Counted from the first letter of the stretch, positions 19,411 to 29,289 are shown. The stretch: 64,000 nucleotides of DNA from Geopsychrobacteraceae bacterium (GCA_963662315.1 OY759353.1:1760001-1824000); one strand, 5' to 3'. Notes: generated from the sequence alone by a model not told the origin. Numbers and translations are program-made.

Positions 19411-20120
19411 AGATCATCCCCTTCTTGGAGAATACCTTTTTTAATCAGGGTAGGAATCAACCAACTGGCATTCAGACCATCAAGGGGTGCAGTACGGATC
19501 TGCTCCATGCGCTTTTCTTCAGCGTCAACTTTTGCTTGAGCACCAGCCGCAGCAGCCTGAACGTCACTCTGGGGAATGACAATAATACCATCGGCATCGC
19601 CGATAATAATGTCGCCTGGGTTAACCACCACACCACCACAAGAGGTCGAAAGGTTAACCTGACCAGGACCATCTTTTTCTCCACCCATCGGATTAACACC
19701 ACGGGTAAAAACTGGCAACCCAGATTCTATCAGTTCGGTACAATCCCGCACCGCACCGTCCATAATAACCCCGGCAAGCTTCTTCTTGACGCAAACATTG
19801 CAGAGCAGATCGCCAAAGATGCCATTACTGGTGCTGCCATGAGCGTTAATAACCAAGACATCGCCTTCCTTGGCCAGGGCGATACCAGCGTGGATCATCA
19901 GGTTATCCGCAGGGTGAGTTTCAACAGTGATCGCTGAGCCGATCATTTTCGACGCAGGATTTAAAGGCTTTATCCCTGCATCCATGATCGCACGGCGACC
20001 ATAACCATCACCAAGCAGTGCAACTGGGAATTTTGCAAGAAGCTTAAGATCTTCTTCGCTCGGTCTATCAACTTCTTTTACCAAACAGAAACCCGGTTTT
20101 CCGTATACTTTCTTGTCCAT
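19407..20120 (-). CDS. RraA family / HMG-CHA aldolase-like protein
   Basis: G.AITV, DNLMIH, GDLL-(X)-DGAVRD with D-X20-R-D spacing, and V.PGDIIIGDADG. Confidence 0.9.
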   Translation of the reverse strand: MDKKVYGKPGFCLVKEVDRPSEEDLKLLAKFPVALLGDGYGRRAIMDAGIKPLNPASKMIGSAITVETHPADNLMIHAGIALAKEGDVLVINAHGSTSNGIFGDLLCNVCVKKKLAGVIMDGAVRDCTELIESGLPVFTRGVNPMGGEKDGPGQVNLSTSCGGVVVNPGDIIIGDADGIIVIPQSDVQAAAAGAQAKVDAEEKRMEQIRTAPLDGLNASWLIPTLIKKGILQEGDDL

Positions 20121-20444
20121 TTTTTTCAGATCTCCTTCGTTAAAAATACGGTTCTAAAATACCCTGAGAAGTCGGCCAGTTCGTATTCGCACTTAATTTC
20201 AAGCCATAAAAAAACCGAACACATGCCTCTTTGTAAAATGTGATTCAAAAATACAGACAATAAAAATTATTTAAAAGCGATTTAAATTAATTTTATTTTC
20301 AGTTTTTCTAAAACTAGCACCAGACATCCGTCCCCAAATGACTTAAGCCCCTCCTGCTGGAAAATTACTTAAATTATTAATTTTTATAGTGAAGGATATT
20401 GACAAACCATTATCCTGTGAAAAGATTATATCAAAGAGTTACTC

Positions 20445-20456
20445 TTTAGCGCTAAA
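20445..20456. promoter_or_regulatory. LacI-type palindrome in a divergent AT-rich promoter region
   Basis: TTTAGCGCTAAA, about 40 nt downstream of a TTGACA at 20399. Confidence 0.35.
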
Positions 20457-20672
20457 CGACCTCAATCCATAGTATTTTTATTAAATATCACTAAAGAAAT
20501 ATTCGCAAGCTAGGTATTTTCATTACGCACGAACGCTTTACCGTAAGGCCTTCTAATTTTAAAGTTAATAAATTTACCTTCAAGCGTCGATAAAGTTTAT
20601 GTATATTGACCACAGTCGATATAACACCGGTTGTTTACCACCCCTCACCCTATCTTTGAACAGGAGCTCTAC

Positions 20673-21680
20673 ATGAAGTTTGAATTCTCACGATTGAAGC
20701 GATGCAAAATTCTTAATGGGTTAATTTTAGCGTTACTAGTAACGACAGGGGTTGTCACTTTTGACTGGACGAATGCTTACGCGGCCTTTCCTGATAAGCC
20801 AGTTCACGTCATTGTTCATACGTCGCCGGGTGGCGGAGTAGATACTATGGCACGGCTGCTGTTTAAACACGCCGGACGACTTTCAGGAGCTGATTTTGTA
20901 GTTGAAAACTTTGCCGGTGCCGGCGGCCAGATTGGTTACACAAAAACGATTATGTCACCACCTGATGGTTATACCCTTGGTACCATTTCCACGATGAGTA
21001 TCGTTACCCATGAGTTAACCAGAAAAAATGTTCCTTACACATTTAAAAAGAACTTTCAGCCCGTAGCCCGGGTAACACTGGATCCTTCCGTTCTTGCTGT
21101 TAAAGCGGATAGTCCATTCAAAACCCTGAGCGACGTTATTGCCGCTGCTAAGGAAAATCCAGGCAAGCTCAGTTTCGCTGGTACCTTCATGTATAGTACT
21201 CATCATATTCAGCACATTCTTTTTAAAAAGCAGACCGGTGCCGATCTGAAATATATTCCCTTTGATGGTGGCGCCAAAGCTATTGCAGCACTACTCGGTG
21301 GCCACGTTGATGTTGCCGCTAGTGGTCTTGGTGAGTTTGCTCCACTGATCAAGTCGGGTGAAGTACGTATCCTGGCCTCTGCAGGGGACACCCAATGGAA
21401 AGATCTTCCTGAGATGCCTCTTTACAAAGACCTGGGCTATAAAATCTCCCTTGGTTCCAACCGTGGCATTGCTTTGCCAGCAGGGTGTTCTCCTGAAATC
21501 GTCAAATATTATGACGATTTATTTGCCAAGGTGACTGCCGATCCTGAGTTTTTAGCAGAAGCTGAAAAAATCGGTATCGCACCGACTATTGCTCACCTTG
21601 GGGCAAAAGAATTTACTGACTATCTCAATGACCTGCAGGCAACAATGGAAGAGTCTTTGGCTGGTCAAATGAAGAAATAA
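20673..21680 (+). CDS. tctC: TTT substrate-binding protein (set 2)
   Basis: FPDKPV..SPGGGVD, ENFAGAGG, PDGYT and IPFDGG. ATG behind AGGAG. Confidence 0.93.
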   Translation: MKFEFSRLKRCKILNGLILALLVTTGVVTFDWTNAYAAFPDKPVHVIVHTSPGGGVDTMARLLFKHAGRLSGADFVVENFAGAGGQIGYTKTIMSPPDGYTLGTISTMSIVTHELTRKNVPYTFKKNFQPVARVTLDPSVLAVKADSPFKTLSDVIAAAKENPGKLSFAGTFMYSTHHIQHILFKKQTGADLKYIPFDGGAKAIAALLGGHVDVAASGLGEFAPLIKSGEVRILASAGDTQWKDLPEMPLYKDLGYKISLGSNRGIALPAGCSPEIVKYYDDLFAKVTADPEFLAEAEKIGIAPTIAHLGAKEFTDYLNDLQATMEESLAGQMKK

Positions 21681-21734
21681 TGATCTCTGCTTATCATGAA
21701 GTGATGAAGTGATTTAGTTTATTGACGTAGATCG

Positions 21735-21767
21735 AATCAATACCCCGGAACGACCGGGGTATTGATT
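21735..21767 (+). terminator. Stem-loop after tctC
   Basis: AATCAATACCCCGG pairs with CCGGGGTATTGATT (14-bp perfect stem). Confidence 0.55.
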
Positions 21768-21795
21768 GGTGCTTAAGAGCAGAAGGCTGAATGAC

Positions 21796-22263
21796 ATGGA
21801 TTTTGTTAAAAAATACATCGTACAGGTGGGACTTATTGGGATCAGTATCCTTGTTTATATGAGTTCTGAAGAATTATCCGACAGTGCCAGGGCGTTTCCC
21901 CGAACCATGGCTGTCAGCCTGTTGGTGTTGGTCGTTTTATTGATGATCAGTAATTACTTGAAGCAAATGAAAAACACAGAGGCTGGCGGTTCTAAAAGTG
22001 ACAATCCAGGCAGCAGCCTGAATGCCAAAACCATGACGATTCTTGTCGGTTTTATCATTTTTAACGTGTTATTTGTCTGGTTACTGCCAATCATCGGCTT
22101 CGAGATAGCAGGTTTTCTGTTTATTATTGGAGGCATGTTCATGCTTGGAGGTTCCGCAGCGAAACGTTTTTGGTGGGTTGCTCTGGTTCTTCCTGTTGTT
22201 TTAGGAGTCGTTTTCCGGACCTTGCTGGATCTGAGACTTCCTTTATTTCCATTCTTGTCATAG
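21796..22263 (+). CDS. tctB: TTT small permease (set 2)
   Basis: Four TM segments, AFP, IGF and LDLRLP. Confidence 0.85.
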   Translation: MDFVKKYIVQVGLIGISILVYMSSEELSDSARAFPRTMAVSLLVLVVLLMISNYLKQMKNTEAGGSKSDNPGSSLNAKTMTILVGFIIFNVLFVWLLPIIGFEIAGFLFIIGGMFMLGGSAAKRFWWVALVLPVVLGVVFRTLLDLRLPLFPFLS

Positions 22264-22276
22264 CGAGGTCTTATTC

Positions 22277-23824
22277 ATGGAAATTGTTACTGGATTTCTT
22301 AACCTTTTAAGTCCGGCGGTTTTTCTGTCGATGTCCGCAGGTGTCGCCTGGGGAATTATTTGTGGTGCGCTGCCTGGCCTGGGGGCGACCATCGGTATCG
22401 CCTTACTGATTCCTTTCACCTTCACCATGTCTCCGGTCGTTGCGTTGCCGATGTTGGCTGGTGTTTATGCTGGAGCGATTTATGGTGGCGGCATTACGGC
22501 TATTTTGCTGGGTGTGCCAGGAACCTCGGCTGATGCGGCGACCGTTTTTGATGGCCACCCCATGGCACAAAAAGGCATGGCACGGAAGGCGTTACGGACC
22601 TCTGTATCTTCCTCTGCCATCGGCGGTATGTTTGCGGCTATCGTTCTTTTGCTTTTAGCGCCACCTTTGGCCCGTTTGTCCCTGGCTTTTGGCCCGCATG
22701 AATATTTTCTGATAGCGATCTTTGGCCTGACCGTTATTGCTGCTGTTTCCCCGGGATCTATCCTCAAGGGATTGATTGCCGGTGCCCTGGGTTTGATGCT
22801 GGGTACTGTCGGGCTCGATCCGATCATGGGGGAGATGCGGTTCGGGTTTGGTTATGTTGAGTTATTTGATGGTTTGCCACTGATACCATTGCTCCTCGGT
22901 TTGTTCGCTTTTCCGCAGTGCCTCAAATTTACCGAAGATCTGGTAACCAAGGGCTTAAGTCAGATCAATATCAACACCGATAATATCGATACCTCGACCC
23001 TGACTTTATCTGATATCTGGGGGATGAGACGGACCCTAACCCGGTCAGCTATTATTGGTACCATTATTGGAATTATTCCTGGCGCCGGCGCAGCCATCGC
23101 AGGTTTCGTCAGCTATGCGGCAGAAAAGCGTGCTGCCAAAGATCCAACCAAACTGGGAACTGGTGTGCCTGAAGGGGTTGCTGCTTCTGAAGCTGCCAAT
23201 AACGGTGTCTGCTCAGGTTCCCTGGTGCCGCTGTTGACCCTGTCCATTCCGGGTAGTCCGACCGCTGCTGTTATTCTCGGTGCGCTGATGATTCATGGCA
23301 TGGTTCCCGGACCAGAGCTGTTTACCAAGTATGCCGAACCAACCTATACCTTCCTGGCCGCAGGTTTCTTCTGCAATATCGTTATGCTTGTCATGGGCTG
23401 GTATGGCAGTAACATTTTTGGCAAGATTGCAAACATCCCAACCATTATTCTGGCTCCAAGTATGCTGGTTATCTGTTTTACCGGTGCCTATGCGGTGCGC
23501 CAGCAGTTTTTCGATCTTGGTCTGATGATTTTAATTGGAGTCGTTGCCTGGTTCCTGACCCGTTACGGTTACCCCATGGCTTCGGTTCTGCTTGGGGTTA
23601 TCCTTGGCCCGATATCTGAATCCGGATTCCGCCGAGCTATGCTGATCAGTGATGGTGATTATACAACCTTCTTTACCCGTCCACTGTCCTTGGTTCTGAT
23701 AGCCCTAACCTTTTTCTCTCTATACGCCGGGTGGAAATTGACCCAGCGCATGGAAGCGTTCGCGGCAGATACAATCAATAAGGCTGAAGAACTCGTCAAA
23801 AAGGGGAAGGAGGCATCCGCTTAA
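22277..23824 (+). CDS. tctA: TTT large permease (set 2)
   Basis: GALPGLG, YGGGITAILLGVPG, FDGHPM and EAANN. Confidence 0.95.
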   Translation: MEIVTGFLNLLSPAVFLSMSAGVAWGIICGALPGLGATIGIALLIPFTFTMSPVVALPMLAGVYAGAIYGGGITAILLGVPGTSADAATVFDGHPMAQKGMARKALRTSVSSSAIGGMFAAIVLLLLAPPLARLSLAFGPHEYFLIAIFGLTVIAAVSPGSILKGLIAGALGLMLGTVGLDPIMGEMRFGFGYVELFDGLPLIPLLLGLFAFPQCLKFTEDLVTKGLSQININTDNIDTSTLTLSDIWGMRRTLTRSAIIGTIIGIIPGAGAAIAGFVSYAAEKRAAKDPTKLGTGVPEGVAASEAANNGVCSGSLVPLLTLSIPGSPTAAVILGALMIHGMVPGPELFTKYAEPTYTFLAAGFFCNIVMLVMGWYGSNIFGKIANIPTIILAPSMLVICFTGAYAVRQQFFDLGLMILIGVVAWFLTRYGYPMASVLLGVILGPISESGFRRAMLISDGDYTTFFTRPLSLVLIALTFFSLYAGWKLTQRMEAFAADTINKAEELVKKGKEASA

Positions 23825-23881
23825 TACCACCAGGATTGCATCTTTACCATTTTAAAAAAGCATATTCACATCGGAAATGTC

Positions 23882-23922
23882 CCGGGAGAGTGGATCGGAT
23901 AGATACCGATTCACTCTCCCGG
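23882..23922 (+). terminator. Stem-loop between TTT sets 2 and 3 (no U-tract)
   Basis: CCGGGAGAGTGGATCGG pairs with CCGATTCACTCTCCCGG. Confidence 0.45.
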
Positions 23923-23994
23923 AATGCGCTTTTGTATCTGCGTTCTTGCTGTAGAGCAAAGGCTAACGTTCATTTTTTTAAGGAGGTATCAACT

Positions 23995-24963
23995 ATGCTC
24001 AAAGTCTACCGAAAGATAGCTTGTCTGGGTTTGACTGTAGCCATGTCAGCCCTGTGTCTGGGATCGCCTGTCTATGCCGCATCGTATCCGGAAAAACCGA
24101 TTGAATTTGTTGTTGCCTTTTCCGCCGGTGGCGGTACAGATGTCGGTGCCCGGATTCTCACAAAAATAGCAGCCAAATACATTCCTCAGCCGTTATCCGT
24201 ATTGAACAAACCAGGTGCCGGCGGCGAAATTGGCTTTACCGAACTGGCCAAAGCCAAACCCGATGGTTACCGAATCGGCTTCATCAATCAACCATCCACC
24301 ATTCTACTGCCACTGTCGCGCAAGACCGGATACCAGGGGAACGACTTCAAATATATCATTAACGTCGCTCTCGACCCTGGCGTCCTTGCAGTCCGCAGCG
24401 AAAGCCCGATCCAGACAATTGATGAGTTTCTTGCTGCCGCAAAGGCCAAACCAGGGGAATTAACCATCGCCAATGCCGGGGTGGGATCAGACGCGCATAT
24501 TTCTATAGTTGACCTGCAGAACCAGGCCAACATTCAGGTCAGTCCGATCCCCTTCAAGGGTTCTGCAGGAGCACGTACCGCAGCTATGGGTGGCCACGTT
24601 GACGCCGTTGTCATGAAGGTTGGCGAATCTAAAACCTATGTCAATTCCGGGCAGATCAGAGTGCTCGCCGTCATGGCCGATGAAAGAGCCAAGGATTTCC
24701 CGAACGTTCCTACCTTCAAGGAAAAAGGGATTGACCTGCAGATGGCATCCTGCCGTGCCGTTGCCGGGCCCAAGGACCTGCCGGATGAGATTGTCACGTA
24801 TTTGCACGACAAACTCAAGCAAACCATGGAAGACCCTGAATTTATTGAACTGATGAACAAAACCGGGATTCCGATTCACTACATGAACCCGGCACAATTG
24901 GAAACCTATAGTAATTCGCTGATCGATAAATATTCAACGTTGTGGAAGCAGATCGGTCAGTAA
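23995..24963 (+). CDS. tctC: TTT substrate-binding protein (set 3)
   Basis: YPEKPI..FSAGGGTD, NKPGAGG and PDGY. ATG 23995 behind AAGGAGG. Confidence 0.95.
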   Translation: MLKVYRKIACLGLTVAMSALCLGSPVYAASYPEKPIEFVVAFSAGGGTDVGARILTKIAAKYIPQPLSVLNKPGAGGEIGFTELAKAKPDGYRIGFINQPSTILLPLSRKTGYQGNDFKYIINVALDPGVLAVRSESPIQTIDEFLAAAKAKPGELTIANAGVGSDAHISIVDLQNQANIQVSPIPFKGSAGARTAAMGGHVDAVVMKVGESKTYVNSGQIRVLAVMADERAKDFPNVPTFKEKGIDLQMASCRAVAGPKDLPDEIVTYLHDKLKQTMEDPEFIELMNKTGIPIHYMNPAQLETYSNSLIDKYSTLWKQIGQ

Positions 24964-24971
24964 CAAGACTT

Positions 24972-25004
24972 AAAAGCCCCTGAAAAGATTTTCAGGGGCT
25001 TTTT
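24972..25004 (+). terminator. Terminator-like hairpin after tctC
   Basis: AAAAGCCCCTGAAAA-GA-TTTTCAGGGGCTTTT. Confidence 0.6.
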
Positions 25005-25018
25005 CAGGGAGTATTTTC

Positions 25019-25579
25019 ATGTCGGAACAAGATCAAACGAAAAATATTTTTGATATTTTTCCCGAAATTCATCAGATTACTGACGCAACACTTAAAAGCG
25101 TTGTTGTTGATTCATGGACAGAATATCTGGATCAACATGGCTACGCGGCAATTATGAAGTTGCCCTTCAGTGGTTTTGCCTCAGATGTCACATTGGTAGA
25201 TCATGTGACCTGTGTTGCTGAAATTGCCATGACTATGGCCGACACCTTCATCAAGCGCATGGCCGTCAGCGTCAACAAGGACCTGCTTATGGCTGCGGTA
25301 TTGCTCCATGACCTGGGTAAAGCTTATGAATATGAATTTGTCGATGGAAAATGGCGCAAGACCACCATCGGCAAACAGTTCATGCACGGCTTCTGGGGGA
25401 CTTACCGCTCTTTAAGTCACGGAGCCTCGGTTGACTTGGCCCATCTTATCTCGACTCACACACCCATTTCTCCGGTTCATCCACAACTGATTGAAGGTGT
25501 CATTCTGCATTACGCCGACCTGGCTCACGCAGACATTGTCTGTTATGAGCGCGACATCCCCCTATATTTATCTAAGTGA
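25019..25579 (+). CDS. HD-domain metal-dependent phosphohydrolase-like protein
   Basis: DHV...LLHDLGK...MH...STH...HYAD ligand pattern. Confidence 0.85.
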   Translation: MSEQDQTKNIFDIFPEIHQITDATLKSVVVDSWTEYLDQHGYAAIMKLPFSGFASDVTLVDHVTCVAEIAMTMADTFIKRMAVSVNKDLLMAAVLLHDLGKAYEYEFVDGKWRKTTIGKQFMHGFWGTYRSLSHGASVDLAHLISTHTPISPVHPQLIEGVILHYADLAHADIVCYERDIPLYLSK

Positions 25580-25605
25580 GCTGACTGGTTTAATTTGGAG
25601 GTCCT

Positions 25606-26061
25606 GTGGCTATAATTGTTTATGATTGTATTTTTTCCGTTGCTCTTTTTATTCTCGGAATCTACATCGCGATAACGTCGAGCGATTTTATTAATAAAAA
25701 GAGTCACTACGTAGAAATAGTCTACTGGTGTCTATTGGCCATAGCTATCATTAATCTGGCCTATGCTGTTCATAAATTCATTAAGCAGAAATATGATAAA
25801 AATATTCAATTTGCTTTTTCCAAAAAATTAACCATTTTTTGCATTCTTACCATTGTATTTGCCGTATCGGTGAACTACCTCGGCTTTTACCTTCCAGCCG
25901 TTATCTTTGTTTTTTGCGGTTCGTACCTTATCAATAATCAGCGTAAATTCATTGCGCTGATCGTAAGTATCTTAATCGTCACTCTTCTCACTGTGATATT
26001 CAGCTACTTCTTGAATATTGATTTTCCGCACGGAATATTTGCCGATATAGCTTTCTTTTGA
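25606..26061 (+). CDS. tctB: TTT small permease (set 3), AT-rich and divergent
   Basis: Four TM segments, LGFY and C-terminal FLNIDFPHG; lies just before tctA. Confidence 0.78.
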   Translation: MAIIVYDCIFSVALFILGIYIAITSSDFINKKSHYVEIVYWCLLAIAIINLAYAVHKFIKQKYDKNIQFAFSKKLTIFCILTIVFAVSVNYLGFYLPAVIFVFCGSYLINNQRKFIALIVSILIVTLLTVIFSYFLNIDFPHGIFADIAFF

Positions 26062-26073
26062 TGAGGTGTAATC

Positions 26074-27540
26074 ATGGAATATTTGATGGTTTTTATGGAT
26101 ATACAACTGTGGCTGGCAATGATTCTGGCCATGGCTGCGGGGATTATTATCGGAGCCCTTCCCGGTCTTACACCCGCAGTTGGCGTCGGACTTCTGGTGC
26201 CGGTAACTTTTGGCATGAACCCGGTAACCGGCCTGATTATTCTTGGTAGTATCTACGTCGGCGCTGTTTATGGTGGCGCAATTACGGCTGTTCTGCTCAA
26301 TATCCCCGGTGAGCCGGGCAATATTGTCACAACATTTGATGGTCATCCCATGGCTCGAAATGGTGAGCCGGCAAGGGCTCTCGGCCTGGCCGGTATCGCT
26401 TCAACAATCGGCGGTCTCTTCAGCGTCGTCGTCCTTATTCTGTTGGCCCCTCCTTTGGCCAAAGTCGCGTTGAAATTTGGACCAGGGGAGTATTTTTGCG
26501 TTGCCATTTTTGGACTTACCGTTATTGTCAGTTTCTCCAGTGGAGCTATGATCAAAGGAATCGTATCGGCAGTCGTGGGCCTTACGATAGGCCTGATCGG
26601 TCAAGATCCGATTATGGGCTATCCTCGATTCGCATTTATCCCTGAACTGATTGGCGGTGTCGACCTCATCCCCTGCGTTATCGGCCTATTCTGCTTTTCA
26701 GAAGGGCTGGCTCTGGTTCTGGAAAAACAGCTGTCCCTTGCTAATGGAGGTATTTCAAAGTTAAGTTATGCCAGTGCGTTCAAGGACATCTTAGCTAACA
26801 AATTCAATCTATTCCGGTCTTCGGCTATCGGCACCATTATTGGTATAATCCCGGGCGCAGGATTAGCTATGGGAGCATTGATTTCCTATAACGAAGCGCG
26901 GCGCTTTTCTAAAAATAAGCAACTTTACGGTAAAGGGAGTCCTGAAGGGTTAATCGCTTCCGAAGCGGCCAATAACGCAGTTGTTGGAGGGTCATTAGTC
27001 CCCTTGATAACCCTCGGTGTGCCCGGCAACGCAGTCAGCGCTATTTTTCTTGGCGGGATCATCATTCAGGGACTGCCCATCGGACCGGAACTGTTCACCA
27101 AATATAAGCTAGTTGTTTATCCTTTTCTGATTGGTCTTGGCCTGGCCCACTTTATCCTGCTTGCCCTTAGCCTATTCGGGGTTAAATATTTTGCCAAAAC
27201 CCTACAGCTGCCCATGAAATTTATTGCCCCGACCGTCTGCCTGCTCAGTGTCATCGGCTCATACTCAGTCAATAATAACTTCACTGACGTTTTTATTATG
27301 ATGGCTTTCGGTTTTCTGGGCTTTTTTATGAAGAAAAATGGGTATTCGGCGGTTTCCATGATTCTTGGTCTGATTCTGGGTCCCATGGCAGAGAACAGTC
27401 TGCAACAGGCACTGCTCATATCCCGAGGCAGTTTCTCCTTTATTCTCAGCCCAATTTGTCTGTTCATCCTAGCGTTAAGCATCGCATCGTTGTTAATGTC
27501 GCTATATTTCGACCGTAACAATCCTTGCAATGAGGATTAA
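26074..27540 (+). CDS. tctA: TTT large permease (set 3)
   Basis: GALPGLT, YGGAITAVLLNIPG, FDGHPM and EAANNA. Confidence 0.95.
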   Translation: MEYLMVFMDIQLWLAMILAMAAGIIIGALPGLTPAVGVGLLVPVTFGMNPVTGLIILGSIYVGAVYGGAITAVLLNIPGEPGNIVTTFDGHPMARNGEPARALGLAGIASTIGGLFSVVVLILLAPPLAKVALKFGPGEYFCVAIFGLTVIVSFSSGAMIKGIVSAVVGLTIGLIGQDPIMGYPRFAFIPELIGGVDLIPCVIGLFCFSEGLALVLEKQLSLANGGISKLSYASAFKDILANKFNLFRSSAIGTIIGIIPGAGLAMGALISYNEARRFSKNKQLYGKGSPEGLIASEAANNAVVGGSLVPLITLGVPGNAVSAIFLGGIIIQGLPIGPELFTKYKLVVYPFLIGLGLAHFILLALSLFGVKYFAKTLQLPMKFIAPTVCLLSVIGSYSVNNNFTDVFIMMAFGFLGFFMKKNGYSAVSMILGLILGPMAENSLQQALLISRGSFSFILSPICLFILALSIASLLMSLYFDRNNPCNED

Positions 27541-27593
27541 GACATTACTATTCAGAAACGACACTTTTCCGCTGAGGCGGTATCAATGAGGTA

Positions 27594-27635
27594 CCTTGCT
27601 TACGCGGCGTAACGTAATACGCCGCGTAAGCAAGG
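27594..27635 (+). terminator. Strong hairpin ending the TTT2/3 unit
   Basis: CCTTGCTTACGCGGCGTA pairs with TACGCCGCGTAAGCAAGG (18-bp perfect stem). Confidence 0.6.
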
Positions 27636-27659
27636 CTTTAAATGCCTAGCCACGACCAA

Positions 27660-28195
27660 AGATTACCCACTTCCATCCTTAGAATCCTGCCAGTTGCTTT
27701 TTGTCTTTGCTGATGGAGACAGAAAAGGAGCTGTTATCGACACCAATAAGAAAAGTTTGTAAACGTATCTAGATTTTATTCTGTTGTCTCGGCACCGTTT
27801 CAAAATAACGGCGTAGCTGCTTTTGCCCGCATTGAACATCTGGTTGAATGTATAACCGTCAACAAGAATTTGCGGGGGCTTAATATATCGAAGGTATCAA
27901 ACGAAAAGATCCACCAACCGGGATGAATGGGCAGGAATTACAGTTAATTTCCGGCGAACCGTTAACGGATTTCGGTTCCTTTAGCAGCAATTATACTCTT
28001 GAAGAGTGACTATTTAAGACGTCATCGGTATCAGGACAGGGTTAGTCAACACTGAGCCATTTGGTACGACTGTTCAATCATGTCAAAGCGAAGGAAAGGG
28101 AGATGGCCAAACAGATATTTTATGATGGTCTGTCGTTGCCCCGCTGGGATTTTCAATATAGCAGCAAAATCAAACCATGCTTCTCCAGACATAAA
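27660..28195 (-). pseudogene. Possible decayed MscS-like gene
   Basis: Collinear fragments in broken frames: VPNGSVLTNPV, RRKLTVIP, KPPQILVDGY. Confidence 0.25.
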
Positions 28196-28337
28196 GACTT
28201 CTAACTCTTTACTGTTTTTCTCTCGGTATTCAATTTTCACAATCCTGCTCAAAAAAAATCTAAAAACGAACTCGTTTCCACCCAGAGGTTCCAGATGGAA
28301 ACGAGTTATTACGTCGCATAGATATCTTAAGCGGACA

Positions 28338-29279
28338 TCACAAACTTTGGTCAGCTCCATTATAGCCGGAAAACATCATCTTTCCGGGAATATCAAGCTG
28401 AGCTTTAAGGATACTGCCGGTATCTGACTCAACAATGAAAAGAGTTTGATTGTTCTTGCCCCCAAAAGCACAATTAGTGGTTCCCAGGCCTTGTGGGGCA
28501 GAGATACCATAAATTGGTCGTCCCAGCACATCAAAAACCCATACGGTCCCCAGACCAGCATGGCAGACAAACAAGCGCCCGGATTGGTCCAGAGCAAGGC
28601 CATCTGGGCCACTGCGGCCGCCTGACAGCTGAACATATAAGCCAACCTTGCTGGTCCCGCCTGCTTTTCCCAATGGCACACGCCAGATCGCGTTGGCTCG
28701 GGTCATGGCGACGTACAGATTCTTCTCTTCAACATCCAGCACCAGACCGTTGGGGCTGACCCCACAACTGATCAGACAATCAAGTTGATCAGTTTTTTCC
28801 TGCCAGCGATAGACTCGACCGGAAGGATCTTGCAGGCCGGTCTGCCCCTGATCGGTAAAATAGAGGGCCCCATCAGCGCCAAAATGCAGGTCGTTGCAGC
28901 CTTTAAAGCTTTCTGAGTTAATGCCGGCTAAAGCCCGTTGTATATGCCCTGTAAGCGGGTCGAGTATCATGATGCCGTTCTTGTAATCGGCAATGAAGAT
29001 GCGACCATCTTCATGAACTTTCAACCCATTGGGCCAGCCATCATATTCACAGACCAAGGAGAAGTGACCGGAGGGGTCGATCTTGAAAATGCGCCCAAAA
29101 GGGATATCAACAACATAAAGATTCCCCTGCTGGTCAAAAGAAGGCCCTTCAAGAAAACAATCAACGCCAGCCCGGTTGAAGCGCGACCATTCATTATCAA
29201 CACCGGGACGTCGGAATTCGTCCGGGAGGCGGCAGAAAACGTCCGCAGTAATCATTTCAGGTGGTGGATAAAGCGACAT
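28338..29279 (-). CDS. SMP-30/gluconolactonase/LRE family protein
   Basis: FLEGPSFD, PNGL, CNDL, SPNGL, PDGLALD and TNCAFGG. Confidence 0.93.
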   Translation of the reverse strand: MSLYPPPEMITADVFCRLPDEFRRPGVDNEWSRFNRAGVDCFLEGPSFDQQGNLYVVDIPFGRIFKIDPSGHFSLVCEYDGWPNGLKVHEDGRIFIADYKNGIMILDPLTGHIQRALAGINSESFKGCNDLHFGADGALYFTDQGQTGLQDPSGRVYRWQEKTDQLDCLISCGVSPNGLVLDVEEKNLYVAMTRANAIWRVPLGKAGGTSKVGLYVQLSGGRSGPDGLALDQSGRLFVCHAGLGTVWVFDVLGRPIYGISAPQGLGTTNCAFGGKNNQTLFIVESDTGSILKAQLDIPGKMMFSGYNGADQSL

Positions 29280-29289
29280 ATAAGATACC

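Noticed and set aside
19407..20120. Literal annotation as RNase E regulator or MenG methyltransferase
   Set aside because: The aldolase motif and catabolic context favour an HMG/CHA-type aldolase.
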